Assembly (NCBI RefSeq): GCF_006345805.1
Contig: NC_043009.1
Coordinates: forward strand, 23,064,001 to 23,128,000
Reading direction: 5' to 3'
Length of the DNA stretch: 64,000 nucleotides
Origin: Octopus sinensis
Taxonomy: Eukaryota
The notes below the pieces were generated by a model, which did not search any database, had not been told where the DNA came from, and saw only the letters and a program-made list of their open reading frames with translations. The position numbers were made by a program, and so were the translations under genes. This document shows, one piece after another, positions 12,301-27,760 of the stretch. Numbering within the stretch: the stretch's first letter is position 1; every line of letters begins with the position of its first letter.

Positions 12301-12912
12301 GCACCTTCCACTTTTTGTTGTTTTTGTACTGCTTAAAGGCACGTTTCTTTCCTGCCAAGCTTACTGTTTAAATCAGGTTTGTGTTCTCCCAGTCAACAGC
12401 CTTATTATTACTGGTACTTTAAACTCTTCGGTTGCATATTTGTGTGAATAAAATCGTTTTTTTTTTTTTGAATAGAAAAAAAGTCTATCTTTATTTCTTC
12501 TTTTGCTGGTGTCTCAAATTTAGGTTAAATCAGTGTTTCTCAAAGGGGAGGCCTATGGGATGGTCGGACCAGTTGTTTTGAGAAAATTTGGTTTAAATGT
12601 TTGACAACTCAGTACCGTCCATTAGACGGGGGGGGGGGCGTTTTACTCGTATATATATATATACACCTGACTCCCCCCTCTTATGATAAGGTGCCCCGTT
12701 TATCTTGGTTTTATGATCACGGTTCTTCATTATTTATAATTCTTTCTCTTCCTCTCATCAGTTAATAATGCTCGATCAATCCCTCACTCTTCTATGTCAA
12801 TTTCTTTCTCGATCTCTTTGTATTTACCCTTCCCTTGCACTGTCTACGGTCCTCTACTATATATCTATCTATCAGTCTGTCTGTCTGTTTATCTGCCTGT
12901 CTACCCTTTGTC

Positions 12913-12914
<2 letters not shown>

Positions 12915-12982
<68 letters not shown>

Positions 12983-12985
12983 CAT
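12915..12985. repeat. (TCTA)n at the 5' junction of Tx1 copy 2
   Basis: Direct reading. Confidence 0.95.
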
Positions 12986-13186
12986 CCAGGGACGTGCTGT
13001 CACTTCGGCTCCGAAGGTAATCGTTTATTTTGACTATTTATAGCCCATATTTTGTGTACATTTTTGTAAATAAGGTGTGTAAGGCACCCAACTTTCGTTT
13101 GAGTGCTTTTCCAAGGGAGGAATTCGCCCCTCGGGGCAGTTTCAACCCTATTTAATTTGTGTAATTTTCTTCTCGACATTTTGAAA

Positions 13187-15339
13187 ATGTCAAGAAATTG
13201 TATTGTAGAACGTTGGTCGCGTTCCTTTATCGACCAACATTTTCCTAGTCTGGAAACGCTAGGAGAAGAAAAAAAGAACTCATACACGCAAAGTGCAAAC
13301 CTAAATGACGTGGTAGTGACCGCTGCAACCACTTGCGATAACAGCACTGTCACCACCACCACTAACAACAACAACAACAACGAGACTACATCTGCTACCA
13401 CCACCGCCTCCACCACCACCACCACCGCCACCTCATCCACTACCTCAACTACCAACAACAACAACAATAACAATGACAACAAGAATAACAACAATTGCGC
13501 CACCGTTTCGACATCTGCTGCCACGGCTGTCTCTTCTGCCACTGACACCACCGCCAACACCAACAACAAAAACAACAATAACAACAACAACAATTCCGTT
13601 CAGACCTTGTTTACTCCAACACCAAGAACTGAAGGGAATAAACAAAAGATTGTGACCACCAAACAAATTGACAAAAGCTGCTCGAACACAGGGACAAACT
13701 ATGCAAGTAATTTTCCACCCCTTCCTACTTGCACAATCAAACCAAATACACCAATTTTACCAACTGCAGCCAACAACAACAACATCACCACCAGCAACAA
13801 CAATAACAAAACAACAACAAATTTCGCCGAGGCGATAAAAGAAAAAAAGACAACAGTATATTTTACTGCACAGCAGATAAAAGATACGAACATTACAATA
13901 ACAGAAATAGATGGTGTAGTAAAAATAAACATACCAGAAGAAATATTAGAAGATGAAAAAAAAAGAACAAACATTTATAAAATAATTAATAAGAAAACAA
14001 AAAGCCCAGAGAAGGCTAACACAAGCAAAATAGAAAAATGCTTGAAACCCAACTGGAACTACAAAGACTATGTGACCTGGTGGAACAAGTCCGCACACAT
14101 ACAAGTAGTCTTCCACACTGAAGAGTTAGCAAAACGTTTCTCAACGCTAACTCTTCATTCAGATGAACTTACATTAACACCAAGCTATCGGGGACAGAAA
14201 GTGACTAAGATCACTTTAAACAATGTCCCAAAAATAGCTAATAATCTATGGCTAGTAAAGGCCTTATGTGTAAAAATGAAAAATTTCACTATTTTAGAAA
14301 CCACGGTCACGGAGCACAAAAACTGGGTGGGAAAAAAAGTAGAATTTCTACTACATATAAATCAAGAAGACATAAAAAAATACCCACCCGGATATGTGTA
14401 TCAGAAGACCACAAGTTGTATGTGGTCGTCGATGGCAGAAGACCACGATGCTACATATACGGCAGTGAGCAACACCTACAAAAAAATGCAAATCTGCCGC
14501 AAGAAAACAACAGCAACAACAACAGCAGCCGGAAAAAACAAATAAACCAGGTTTACTACCCACACCACTTTTTGCACGAACAGGACTAATCACAGAAAAC
14601 CAACAAAAAACAAACCTCACCAACCAAACAACCACACCAACTGCACCAAGAACAGAAGCAACATCACCAACAACAACAACCAAGAATAAACCAACTCCCA
14701 AACCAAGGACATCTGCCAAAAAGATACTCAGCGAAAATGAAGAAACAATTACCACTCCAAATCCCCACAAAATTGAGACCACAAACAACACAACAATACC
14801 TACAATCACTCAAACACAAAATACCCACACCCCACCTCCAAAACCGCATACACCACAACCAAACGCTCACCAACCAACACCAACAACAAAATCAACACAG
14901 TCTACAATAGACCCCAATATTTTTCCTCTTCCAAGCTCTGATTCTTCTGATTTGTCATTAGACGAAGAAGACACAGAAGATTGGCAAATAGCCACAGGGG
15001 GGAGAAGAAAAAGGGGGAAAAAAAGAAAAGATAACAAACAAAGCAGGAAGATACACCACTCCCGAAACAAAAACATCCACAGAAAACAAACACATCAACA
15101 CAAACACACCATCATCAAACCCCCCAACAATGTTGACAGCTATAAACACAAACAACCACGACCTAATGGAACACATTAGGTCAAACACCAACATAACTGA
15201 AAACGACATAAAAACAAGTAACCACCCACGCACACCACCACCACAACACATTAAAATAATACACGTAACACAGAACACATACAGCACCCTGAAATCTCTT
15301 TACCTTGATGCAGTAGGGAGATTTCAAAAGTATTCATAA
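13187..15339 (+). pseudogene. Tx1 copy 2 ORF1 (Thr/Asn-rich, degenerate zinc knuckle), frameshifted
   Basis: ORFs 13103-14545, 14248-14589, 15130-15339; VVVDGRRPRCYI.GSEQH matches VSVEGRRPRCFKCGEKGH of copy 3. Confidence 0.7.
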
Positions 15340-15474
15340 AAAAAACTACACAAAAGCATCATAGAAGACCGTGAGGTGAAAGACAAAGGACTTTCGAACA
15401 ACAAGTAACCTTTTCTCTCTCTCTTTCCTTTTTTGCACTTTCTTTTCGTGTGTAAAACACAATTTTATCGGAAC

Positions 15475-18400
15475 ATGCTCAGAATAGGCAGTATAAATGT
15501 ACGTGGCTTGGGGTCGCCTTGGAAACAAGGCTACCTGTTAAATGACATCAAGTCACTAAATCTGAATATCATAGCCATCAGTGAGACCAGACTCCACAGC
15601 TTGCGGGCACTCCAGCACATTTTCGGTACACATTTCAACATTTATTTTTCTCTGTGTCTACCGAGAATGGGCGGAGGTGGCACCGCGGTGCTTATCCGAA
15701 AGTGTCTGGATCTCAAAGTAAGAGCAATTTTCCTAGACCCGGAGGGTAGGCTGGTCGTTTTGGATGTCGATGGCAGCAATGAGTGTGCTTTTCGACTGAT
15801 AGCAGTTTATGCTCCGTCCTTAACAGGCCGACCAGATTTCTTTCGACGTCTAGAGTCTTTCATGGGAACGTCTCGTCCTTTACTTTTAGTGGGGGATTGG
15901 AATGCCACCCTGGACACGCATCTAGACTACGTGGGCAGAGATAGCAATAGAAGGGGATGCAAATGCCTCAAAGACCTGCTCAGACGTTTCCAACTGTCTG
16001 ACAGGTACCGACTGGACCACTCGAATGTGCCAATGTGGACAAGGAGTAACCGCATCGGGTCGTCCAGATCATACTTAGAGTATTCTGTAGGACAATAGAT
16101 AAAAATAGTGTAGGTTGTCCACAATTTCATATAGTCAGTTACACAGATCACAAGTTTGTGACTTGTACACTTGACTTAGATAAGACACATAGGCAGGGTC
16201 CTGGTTACTGGAAACTGAACGCGTCTTTTACAGCACGACAGGTTTACAGGGACCGGATCAGCACATTAGTTAAGAGAGCTTTGACGGGTACCATCATCAA
16301 CAACAGATGGTGGTATGCCCTAAAAAAAGCAATTAAAGCAGAATCAGTCAGATACAGTAGGGCCCTAGCATTAGACCGAAATAGAATAGAGGGAGAATTA
16401 GTTAATGTTTTAGAAGAGGCACTTAGAACTGGCATCGCGTCCAACGTGCTGGCGGCGAGATTGGCCCTCGACCAACACCTCAACGCCAAACACGAGGGAT
16501 GCGTTGTCAGAGCTAGGATGCGTGCTCTGAGGAACGAAGGAGTTGGAGCCGCCCAAGAGGCCCGAGTGGTGGAGACGCAACGAGGCAACAGAGCCACCAT
16601 CAAGTCTCTTATAGATGAACAGGGGCGCGAATTGCTCGAGCCTAAAAGGATGTGTGGGGCTTTTCAACAACACTTCACCCAACTGTTTGAGACAAGTGGT
16701 GGGTCAGAACGCAGAGTGGACTTTAGTGCCTACCTGCATGCTTTGCCACGACTTTCAGCAATCACAGCTGCGGACGTACAGGATGCGATGGAGGGCTGCG
16801 CGAGAGACAAGTTACCAGGCTTGGATGGTCTGCCCTACGAACTTTATTGAAATATGCCAGACTTGTTTGGAGGCGTCTTGGCAGTTGTCTACTGCAACTG
16901 GCAGCAAAACGGGAGTATTCCTGCTTTTGTAAAGCGAGAAGTAGTGGCACTGATTAAGAAAGACCCAAACAAGGGGGACGTCATAGATAATTTCAGGCCC
17001 ATCACTCTGCTCAACGCAGATTTGAAAATTTTGGCCAAGGTGTTGCCGAGAGGTTGGCGCTTGTCATCAAGAAACTAATCGACAAGGCGCAAACATGCGC
17101 GTGCCAGGTAGAAGTATTCATGACAACCTCCATCTGATGCGCTACATCATAGACAGGGTAGTTAAGAATCCTGGCATGGGTGGGACACTGATCAATTTGG
17201 ATCAATCAAAAGCCTTCGATAGGGTAGACCATCACTACTTGGAGGCTGTCCTTAAAGCGGCTGGTTTCGGTCCAGTTTTCCGCGGTTGGATCGCTGTCTT
17301 ATACAGCGGCATCCGCTCAGTAGTTCGCGTAAATGGTCATCTATCCAGACCTTTTAACATCATGCGTTCGGTTCGTCAGGGATGCCCCCTCTCATCGCTG
17401 CTGTATGTATTGACTCTTGAGCCACTACTGCGGAAACTGGCGACGCTGAGGGGCATCCCACGAGAGCTGGGATGCGGGAGGAGCGTGTCTGCATACGCGG
17501 ATGACGTCACCGTCATAGTGTCGAGCTACGAGCACATCGAGCTAGTCGGCGAGACACTAAAAGAATACGAAGCGGTAACGGGAGCAAAAATTAACCGGGA
17601 AAAGTCAGTGGGCTTGCGGCTCGGCACCTGGAGAAGCAGGCCCATGCCGTCCAACAGCGTCTCCATCGTGGGACGCTGGACGGACGGACCGGTTAAATTG
17701 CTCGGGGTCTGGTTCGGTCCGGACCTCCAAATGGAGAAGAACTGGGGCGAGATAACGACTAGGGTGGTCACTCTCGCCCAGAAATGGGCTGAGAGAAAGC
17801 TATCCCTAAAAGGTCGGGCGGAGGTGACGAACGCGCACATCGCATCCGTCATCGAGTATCGTCTGACCGTCGTGCCTTGTCCCGATCCTACCATCACCAA
17901 ACTGGAACGCATACTCTTCCGCTTCTTGTGGAAGGGAAACTTTCCGATGGTTAGGCGATCCATTTGCTGTCAACACCCGCTAAATGGAGGGCTGGGCATG
18001 CCGTGGTTGATGATGCGCAGACATGCGCTGAGACTGCGACATCTCCGATGCTTCATAGACGACGGTGAACAGGTGTGGTCGCCTTTTGTGCGGCGCGCTT
18101 TCCCGCAGCTCGTCTCCTTGGACGAACTACTGTCATGGATCAAGCAGAGACCGAGGCTAGGCGAATGGCACCGCGAGTGTCGCGTTGCTCTCAAGCAACT
18201 CTGCCGTCCGGGATCGAACTTGTGCGATTCCATCACAACAAAGGCATTCTATAGAGGATTAGTGGAGGGGAGGTGCGACGACGAACTCGGGCAGGGTCTG
18301 GGCGTCGACGAGGAACACCTGACCCGCCTGTTCAGGACAACTTTCGGGCCGGGACCTATGAACAATCACCAAAGATCCCTGGCCTGGCAGTGCTATCGAG

Positions 18401-18877
18401 AAGCATTACCTGTTCCGGATAAGCTCTACAGACACGGTTCCAGACACTGGACCGACTTGCCCGAGATGCGGTCAGAGCGACGAAACCGTTCTGCACGCAC
18501 TCGTGCAATGTCCAACCATTTCAGACCTGTGGGCTTATGCCGAACGGCTGCTGTCACGTGTGGGACGAATCCGCCTATCGGCCGAGTCTATCGTGAGGAT
18601 TGCTCCGCCCCCTTCCCTCAACCGGGAAGGCAAGGCAGTTTTCATCGTACTGGTGGCCATGGTGAAAGAATGTGTGTGGTGGACCCGAGCGAAAGGATTA
18701 GAGACAAACACTTACCTCTCTGGCCAATCGCTCATCAACTTTTTCAAGTACCACTTGAAAAGGAAGGTGAGAATGGAGAGGGAAGTTTTGTCTCGCGAAA
18801 GATTTAAAAAAAGATGGGTGAATGTTGCAAAGATGGTGCGTGCTAGTGACGAAACCATTTTGAGCATGATCCTGTAG
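15475..18877 (+). pseudogene. Tx1 copy 2 ORF2: apurinic-like endonuclease + RT, several frameshifts
   Basis: SINVRGL, SETRL, VYAP, GDWNA (APE); PGLDG, DQSKAFDRV, VRQGCPLS, YADD (RT). Confidence 0.92.
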
Positions 18878-19186
18878 ACCGTAAAAAAGAAAGAAAGAGA
18901 GCAGTTTGATCTCATGTGGTTATTTCCTCCCTGACTGAGGTTCCCGTGGTCTTTTCTGTAGGCTTTTCTTCCCACGGATGAACCCAAATTTGTTTTATCA
19001 ATGTTTTATCATTATTTCTGTGATACACGATTTCTTTTCTTTTTTTTTCCTCCTCTCGATCCCTTTTGATCGCAATCTTACATTTATTTTCTTTTTTTTC
19101 CACCCTCGAAAAGAAAAGCTCTACATTTGTATTTGTCCCCTCTGTATTCAGTCCTGTGTGGCTAATAAAAGAAAGTTATCTATCTA

Positions 19187-19249
<63 letters not shown>

Positions 19250-19848
19250 GTCTGTCTGTGTGTCTGTGTGTCTGTCTGACCATCCATCCGTTCGTCCATC
19301 CGTTTGTCCGTCCGTCTGCCTGTCTAGATACATATTACGCACACACACAAGCAGCCAAATATGGAACGCTAATGCGACTGAGGCTTAGGGTCGTCTTCTG
19401 CATATTAAAAGCGAATACAATGAATTAAAAGACTTAATACTGTTATCTTGTGTTGTATGAAATTTTCTCAACTTCGAAAGGAAGCTAGGTAAAGTTGATC
19501 CTGTATAAGAATTGAACCCAGAATGCCAGAAAAAATGTTGCAAGGCATTTTTTCCGATGCTCTAAAAGTTCTACCAACTGACGCACTTACCACCAGCAGC
19601 AACAATTCTTTCTAATTTTGACAGAAGGCTATCCATTTTGAAGGAAGCAGATCTAGTTAATTATATCAAGCCTCAGTATTTGACTGGTATCTCCATTTAT
19701 TTCGTCTCTGAAAGTATGAAAGGATAAGAGGTAAAGTCGACCTCGGCGGAATTTGAACTCAGTAAAAAAACGTAAAGAAGTATTTCTGCCACCACCACCA
19801 CCACCACCACCACCACCACCACTACTGCTGCTGCTGCTGCTGCTGCTG

Positions 19849-19900
<52 letters not shown>

Positions 19901-20565
19901 GATTTGCAGTCCTCGCTTTGCTTGATTAGGTCCGAGCTGTGCTTTTGCAAGAATAACGACAAAGTACCACAGCAACAACAACAGGGGAAGCAACATCATC
20001 AACTACAACAACTACAACAAAAACATCAACAACAAGAATGTAACTATGACAACAACAGCAGCAGCAGCAACAATCACATGACGACAACAACAACAACGAG
20101 AACAACAACAACAACAACAACAACAACAACTAAAGCAGCTACAGCAACCACTGCAGCACCATCAAGAACAAAAACAACAACAACAGCAACAGCAGTAACA
20201 TCAGCAACATCAGCGGTAGCAGCACCACCAACAACAACGACAACAACAGCAACAACAGATAAAGAGCAACCATTATCCACCAACACCACTGTATCTTTCC
20301 TCCTTGCTCACGCGCAGTTCCACTCCCCACATCACCGGTCCCGGTAGAAGACATCAATTCTGTTATTTGCGTTATCTCCAAGATTATCTTACACCAACCA
20401 CCTCGGCACTGCTTGCCTTTATCAACCTGTCTAACCCCAATCCTCACTGCTCCTACCCTGACACAGAGCTTGGTGTCTGTTCAAGGTTTTTGAAAATGAA
20501 ACGACTCTCTGTTGATAAGAAGCGCTTCTAAATCTGATGCCGTCACGCTTTTTGCCGACACCGAA

Positions 20566-20596
<31 letters not shown>

Positions 20597-20631
20597 CATA
20601 CATACATACATACACATACATGTATCTGTGA

Positions 20632-20676
<45 letters not shown>

Positions 20677-21370
20677 TATATATATATATATATATAAATA
20701 TACACACACGTAAATATATATGTATATATGTGTGTATACACATATACATACATTCGTTTATACATATACATATATATACACAAAATGCATATAAACATAT
20801 AGATAACTATAAATATAAATGCATATGTATGTACACATACACAGACACACGCACACACACACGGCAATGTATAACAGGGTGTATCTTATGTTCTAGGCGT
20901 CGTTATTTTCTGTTTTCATGTGTAATGAACACACGCTTGGGCTAATATCAACAAATGTCTGTTTATTAATTATTCCGTGGGCAGAACTGGTATCCTTCCC
21001 AGTTGGGACCTCTCCAGAAGCTATGCAACCTAGTTTATCTGCCACGGAAAGATACGCAGCTGACAGTTAATTATAGCCACCGACTCAGTTGTACTAAATT
21101 GAGGAATTTGATTTGCATAAATACTAATATTCTGGCATTTATTCAATTAATTATTTATGTAACTTCTATTTATCAGTTTCACGTAACCATCTAACTGAGC
21201 TATTAACTATATATATATGTTGCTTTAGGAGGAGCAGTTAGTGTACATAGCTTTCGAGGAGATCCCAAACGAAGACCGAAACTGGTCAACCCAATCCTTC
21301 CTTTTTGTCCACGGGAAGATTAACATACGTATTTATGTATGCGTGCATGTGTATGCATGCGTATGTATGT

Positions 21371-21529
<159 letters not shown>

Positions 21530-21705
21530 TGTGTGTGTGTGTGGGTGCGTGTGTATGGGCGCAATGGCCCAGTGGTCCAGTGGTTAGGGGGTATCCCAGG
21601 CCGGGCGTTGTGAGAGTTTATTGAGCGAAAGCACCTAGAGCTCCACGAGCGGGTGGTGGCGATCCCTGCTGTACTCTTTCGTCACACACACACACACACA
21701 CACAC

Positions 21706-21739
<34 letters not shown>

Positions 21740-21749
21740 GAGAGTGAAT

Positions 21750-22070
21750 GCGCGTGTCTTTGTGGTTGAGATATTCGGCTCACGATCATGTGGTCGTGAG
21801 TTCAATTCCCGGCGACGCATTGTGACCTTGAGCAAGACACTTTACTTTCACGTTGTTCCAGTCCACTCAGCTGGCAAACATGAGTAGTACCTGAATTTCA
21901 AAGGGCCCGCCTTATCACACTGTGTCCCGCTGAAGCTCCTTAAGAATTGCGTAAGGATATACGTGTCTGTAGATTGCTCAGCCACTTGCACGTTAATTTC
22001 ACGAACAATCTGTTCCGTTGATCGAATCAGCTGGGACCTTCGTCGTCGTAATTGACGGAGTGCTCCTTCC
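21750..22070 (+). mobile_element. tRNA-derived SINE (family D)
   Basis: B box GAGTTCAATTCC; an inverted copy lies at ~62790-63120. Confidence 0.75.
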
Positions 22071-22365
22071 TTCACACACACATATATATGAAAACTTTGC
22101 TTAGTCACGGCGATACTAATAGCCTGGTGTTAGAACTCAATATGCATATGTTTCAGGATGAAGTTGTAGGCGAGTGCAGAGCATGTTGTGAAATTAAAGC
22201 AATGAAAAAGGAACAAGACTTACGTTATCAACTTCATTATAAGATACAGTGCACTCAGAGCAGAAGCCTTCGGTTCTAGATGCACTGCATCTTATAGCAG
22301 AAACACATGTAAGCTAATGAGGTTAATTTTGTAATTCCTGTTCTCTTGATGTCTTTATAATTTCA

Positions 22366-22396
<31 letters not shown>

Positions 22397-22437
22397 ATGT
22401 GTATGTGTGTGTATGTGTATTGTGTGTGTATATATAT

Positions 22438-22489
<52 letters not shown>

Positions 22490-22682
22490 TGGAGCAATCT
22501 CAAGAACAATCAGCCGAAATTGCGAGGATAATCTGGTGCTTGACTGAGGAAAGAAAACTTCGAATGACCCGACCTTGTTTTCTTTGTATATCTGGATGTT
22601 TTGTTGTCTCTTTTTGTATCACCTAGCTCTCCGGATGTTTTGCCTTCTTGTCCCATTTTGTATTATATATATATATATATAT

Positions 22683-22747
<65 letters not shown>

Positions 22748-23129
22748 CACACGACAAATAACCAGTATTTAGAACTCCGAGTGTATTCCTGTTTATCCAA
22801 AACAAAACTGTGTATTATAGTCCGAATTTCTTTTGGTTGACTCTGCAGTCACAACGTCCATATAAAAAAACTAATCAAAATATGTGTGTTCATAAAACAT
22901 TCAGCTGCCTTATTTTACGTGCGTTTCGTTAACAATGAAAAATATCTGTTATATATATATATATATATAATCATGTAAGCCGACGATTACATTGACAAAT
23001 CTTCAGAGATTGCGTAGCTCTAATTAGTGAATAAAACGCGCGTAAATATCAAGTGAACGAATTCTCTTTTGCTTTGTTTACACACACACGCACCCCCACA
23101 TGGATCAAAACACTTTGATTCAAACTCCT

Positions 23130-23148
23130 TGGTACTCTGAGTTTCAGC

Positions 23149-23187
<39 letters not shown>

Positions 23188-23326
23188 TATATTCATATAT
23201 AATATATATATATATACATACATATATATGCATATGTATATACACACATATATATATATATATATTATATATAATATATATATATATACATATATATATT
23301 CATATATAATATATATATATATTATA

Positions 23327-23382
<56 letters not shown>

Positions 23383-23433
23383 GTATATATGTATATATGT
23401 ATATATGTATATATATATGTATAATGTATATGA

Positions 23434-23477
<44 letters not shown>

Positions 23478-23587
23478 CATACACACACACATATATATAT
23501 ATAATGTGTATGTATATATACATACATATATATGCATATGTATATACACACATATATATATATATATATATATACATATATATATTC

Positions 23588-23654
<67 letters not shown>

Positions 23655-23680
23655 GTGTATATATGTATGTATATATAGCA
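23130..23680. repeat. Long degenerate (TA)n/(TACA)n tract
   Basis: Direct reading; one of many microsatellite tracts. Confidence 0.95.
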
Positions 23681-24940
23681 CTTATGAGTAACAAGGGAAG
23701 CAAGCTCCCTACAACATCTGGGACATAGCCAGATCACCAGTGATTTTTCTCTCTCACTCTCTCTCTCTCACACACACACAGTATGTGTGTGTTCCCCACC
23801 GCCACTTAACAACCAGTGTTGGTTTGTTTACGTCGCTGTAAGTGAGCGTTTCGGCAAAAAGAGACCGATGGAGTAAGTACCAGGTTTAAAAAAAGTCCCG
23901 GGGTCGATTTGTGCGATTAAACCGTTCAAGCTGGTGCAATGATTGAGACAAGTATAATATACATACATACGTGCATGCATTTAGGCAATCACACATTCCA
24001 ACATGTAGAAATATACACATGCACACACACATTTAAACTGACACTCACTCAAACATACATAACGTACACATACACACACAGCTTGCATACATACACACAC
24101 ACACATATATGCATATGTATTCATACTATATAGATTGATGTTTATATCCATCCACTCCCACACGCGCGTATAAGTATATACATACATACATACATACATA
24201 CATACATACATACATACATACATACATAAATGCATTCATACGCACACACACGCACGAACACACGCACATATGCCCACACGCACTCACCCACACGCATATT
24301 TATAACAACAATGAACCATGAGAAATATCCCAGAGTGAACAGTGGCATTTATTTGAACATCAAAGACGAATAAATGTTTAATAAATACCATATGATATAA
24401 ATTCTTCGTTTATTGAAAGTATCTTCGCTTCTAGAGCGGGTAGAATACTGACTTGGTGGCATTTGGTACATGATGGAAATGCGAAAGACGACAGTAACCG
24501 AAACAAGCAAAAGATAACAGATTAAAGATTACGTCAGCATTGTCCCTGATGGAAATGGCGAGGTACACAGGGATGATTTTTAAAAAAATGTTAGTATTAA
24601 TATCATACACTTGTGAATCGCGGGCAAATGAAAAAGAAAAACAAATTCATCACCAGAACTGCAAAAGCGGGTCATAGCAAAACCATGTCGCTGATCCGTG
24701 GTCAAAAATTCCCTTAGCTATTTTTAAAATTTTTAAATGGCAATAAAGTATGATTGGACAGAAGTTTCGGCTGTTATTTCTAGGAGGTCAAACTACTGTG
24801 TAGAGGCTCAGCTTAGGCAAGTAACTCATGAATGAACGTATGAAAGAATGATCAAATTATCAATATACAGACTTTTGGAATCACACAGAGCCATTGATTT
24901 GTCTCTGCACAGACGCTGGAATTCTGACTTTGTTATTCTC

Positions 24941-25044
<104 letters not shown>

Positions 25045-25287
25045 TAACGCACACACACACACACATTTGTCAAGTGATAAATCTAGACACGAACAGATGT
25101 CTAGTTTACAGACGAATTACTTCACCTGTGTTATGGGTAAATAATTCATTCATAATATCCATTATCATATTTATATACGCATATAATGTACATACATATA
25201 TACATACATGCATATATATATATATGAATGTATATATATATGTATATATAATGCTCACACACACACACACATATATATGCGTACGTA

Positions 25288-25337
<50 letters not shown>

Positions 25338-25524
25338 GTACACACACACATATACATACACACACACATATATAATTTTAATTTTAATGTTACTGTAATG
25401 GAGATTCTTACAGTAGTAGAAAAGGAATTTTTAACTCCTATATCTAAATTCGGTATGTGGTGAAGTAATTAGCTGAACCCTAATTATAATTATGTTTATA
25501 ATTATAATATATATATATATAATA

Positions 25525-25563
<39 letters not shown>

Positions 25564-25573
<10 letters not shown>

Positions 25574-25750
25574 TATTAGAGACAAAACCACTATTTTGCA
25601 AAACAAACAAGGAAAGACTTAATCAATACATAAAATTTTAATAAATAGTCAAAAAATTTTTTTGACTATTTATTAAAATTTTATGTATTGATTAAGTCTT
25701 TCCTTGTTTGTTTTGCAAAATAGTGGTTTTGTCTCTAATAATATTTTATA
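25564..25750. repeat. Perfect 93-bp-arm palindrome
   Basis: Arms mirror exactly about GTC-A6/T7-GAC (centre ~25657). Confidence 0.95.
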
Positions 25751-25824
25751 ATATTTTACTATTAAATTGGATTTAATCCTAAATCTGATTTTTTCCCTGT
25801 AAATTTGGATTATTCCCTAATATT

Positions 25825-25859
<35 letters not shown>

Positions 25860-25860
<1 letters not shown>

Positions 25861-26560
25861 CTGAAACAAGAATATTATTGCCGGTGACTTCGAAGTTTCA
25901 GCCAGTTAAGCTATTGTTGATTAGCTAAGTGCCTGTCCAACAGTGATTGCATCATCCATACTCTCAACAATGCGCCCTTAAATATGGTTTCTGATTACAA
26001 ATATCTTGGGTCATACATATCATCATCTGGAAAAGACTTTCTAACTAGAAAGGGTATGGCCTGGTCAGCTTGTAATGACATGCATAAGATCTGGTCATCA
26101 AATCTAAGTAGAGACTTCAAACTTGAAATCTTCAAAGCCACAGTCGAACCAATTCTACTATATGGCTCAGAAACCTGGACGTTATCAAAGAAGCTTGAGA
26201 GGCGGTTGGATGGAACCTACACTCGCCTCCTTATGAGAGCTCAAAATCTCTCGTGGAAGCGCCATCCAACCAAAATGCAAATATATGGGAAACTACCACC
26301 TGTGTCATCTCTTGTGAAAGGTAAGAGAGTCCAGTTTGCTGGACATTGTTGTAGAGCTGAAAAAGAGGTAATTTCTACTCTTCTCCTCTGGAAGTCATCT
26401 ACTCGCAATACCAGAGGGCGCACACTCTCCTACCCTGATGTAATCTCCAGGGATACAGGCAACAGGACCTCCGTAATGCCATGATGGACCGTGAAGTCTG
26501 GCGTAGCATGGTAAATTCCATTGTCTCGACCACGGTCGAACAATGATGATGATGAAGCTA
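25860..26560 (+). mobile_element. RTE-like LINE 3' fragment
   Basis: ORF 25984-26484 with YKYLGS, ILLYGSETWTL, LDGTYTRLL, FAGHC; (GAT)n tail. Confidence 0.85.
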
Positions 26561-26619
26561 TACATAATACATACATAAATATGATAAATATACATACACA
26601 CATATGTATGTAAACTCTC

Positions 26620-27760
26620 CTTTTACAAGACAATATCCCTCAATGCATTTGGTTCCAACATTTGGGATACATGACTGGTCTGTAGAAGAAATCCACTCCA
26701 TAGACATTAAAACTCGCAAGATTCTAATATCCATTGGAAAAATCTCCACAAAAATACTAATATCGATAGGCTGTACCCAAGAAGAGACGAAGGAGGTAAG
26801 GACTTGAAATTAGTGCAGACAGCCTTTGAATGTCGCATAGTCTCTCTCAGACAGCGCTTCTTGCTAAAAACAGCAGCAAAAATAAATACATTAATTTAGC
26901 GCTGAAAACAATATCCTACGTGTTAAAAATGATATTTTCAGGAAGTACTCTCTCCTTGATACAACCTAAAATCAGTCGGATTAGCATACCAAAAAAAAAA
27001 AAAAAAAAAAGACTATGCACGGTTATATTTCTCGATGACTCGAAGAAGATAGTAACATTGACATGAAGCGAAGCTTCTCTTGGACTCGTGACCACTACAT
27101 CATATCACATTTCGAAGGCTATGCATTTGCAATCCAAGAACAGGAGATTACTACTAAATACTTACACAACAAAAGAGACAGTTCCAAGATGCAACCGTAA
27201 ATGAAGATTATGTGTTATTTCTGTGGAAGATCAGACATGTGATTAGCAGTTGCCCCAAAATGTTATCAAGGTACTATCTCCCTATGCGATATGACAATGT
27301 GGCAAAAACAATATAGAATGCTATTCGGCAAAAAAGACTGCTTTTGAATACGTACACAAATATCAGCTCAAGACAGACTGGTGGAACATTCCCATCAAAG
27401 CATATGTCAAGTGTAAGCATAACAGATCGGATATTGTTGTTTGGAACAGACAAGGGAAAGTATGTACCGTCATGGAGGTCAGTTGTCCTGCTGATGTGAA
27501 TGTCTCTTTGAAGATCAAAGAGAAAAATATAACTATGACAACTGGTTCAAAACCTCCATCTTCTGTATCCGGATTACAAATTTAATATTTATACCAATAA
27601 TAATTGGTGCACTTGGTTTTGTAAGTAAATGCCTAACTGCCTGTCTGAATAAGGTTGGATTTTCAGAAAAATAAATCGACCAACTGATTCACACATTGCA
27701 AATGCAATCTGTAAGTGGAACAGTAAAACTATGCAAGACTTTTCTCAGGTTTTAAATGTG
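26620..27760 (+). mobile_element. Degenerate R4/Dong-like LINE 3' part (restriction-like endonuclease)
   Basis: Fragments PTFGIHDWSVEEI, F.IQEQEITTKY, KHNRSDIVVW...EVSCP, PIIIGALG; homologous to 32264-33622. Confidence 0.7.

Larger units (their letters stand above)
12988..19175 (+). mobile_element. Tx1/L1-clade LINE copy 2, apparently full length
   Basis: ORF1, then APE-RT ORF2, then 3' UTR ending AATAAAAGAAAG; (TCTA)n/(TATC)n on both sides; RT highly similar to copy 1. Confidence 0.93.

Noticed and set aside
12531-12560. CAGTGTTTCTCAAA (and CAGTGGTGTAGC at 41913) as hAT TIRs
   Set aside because: No partner TIR or TSD found.
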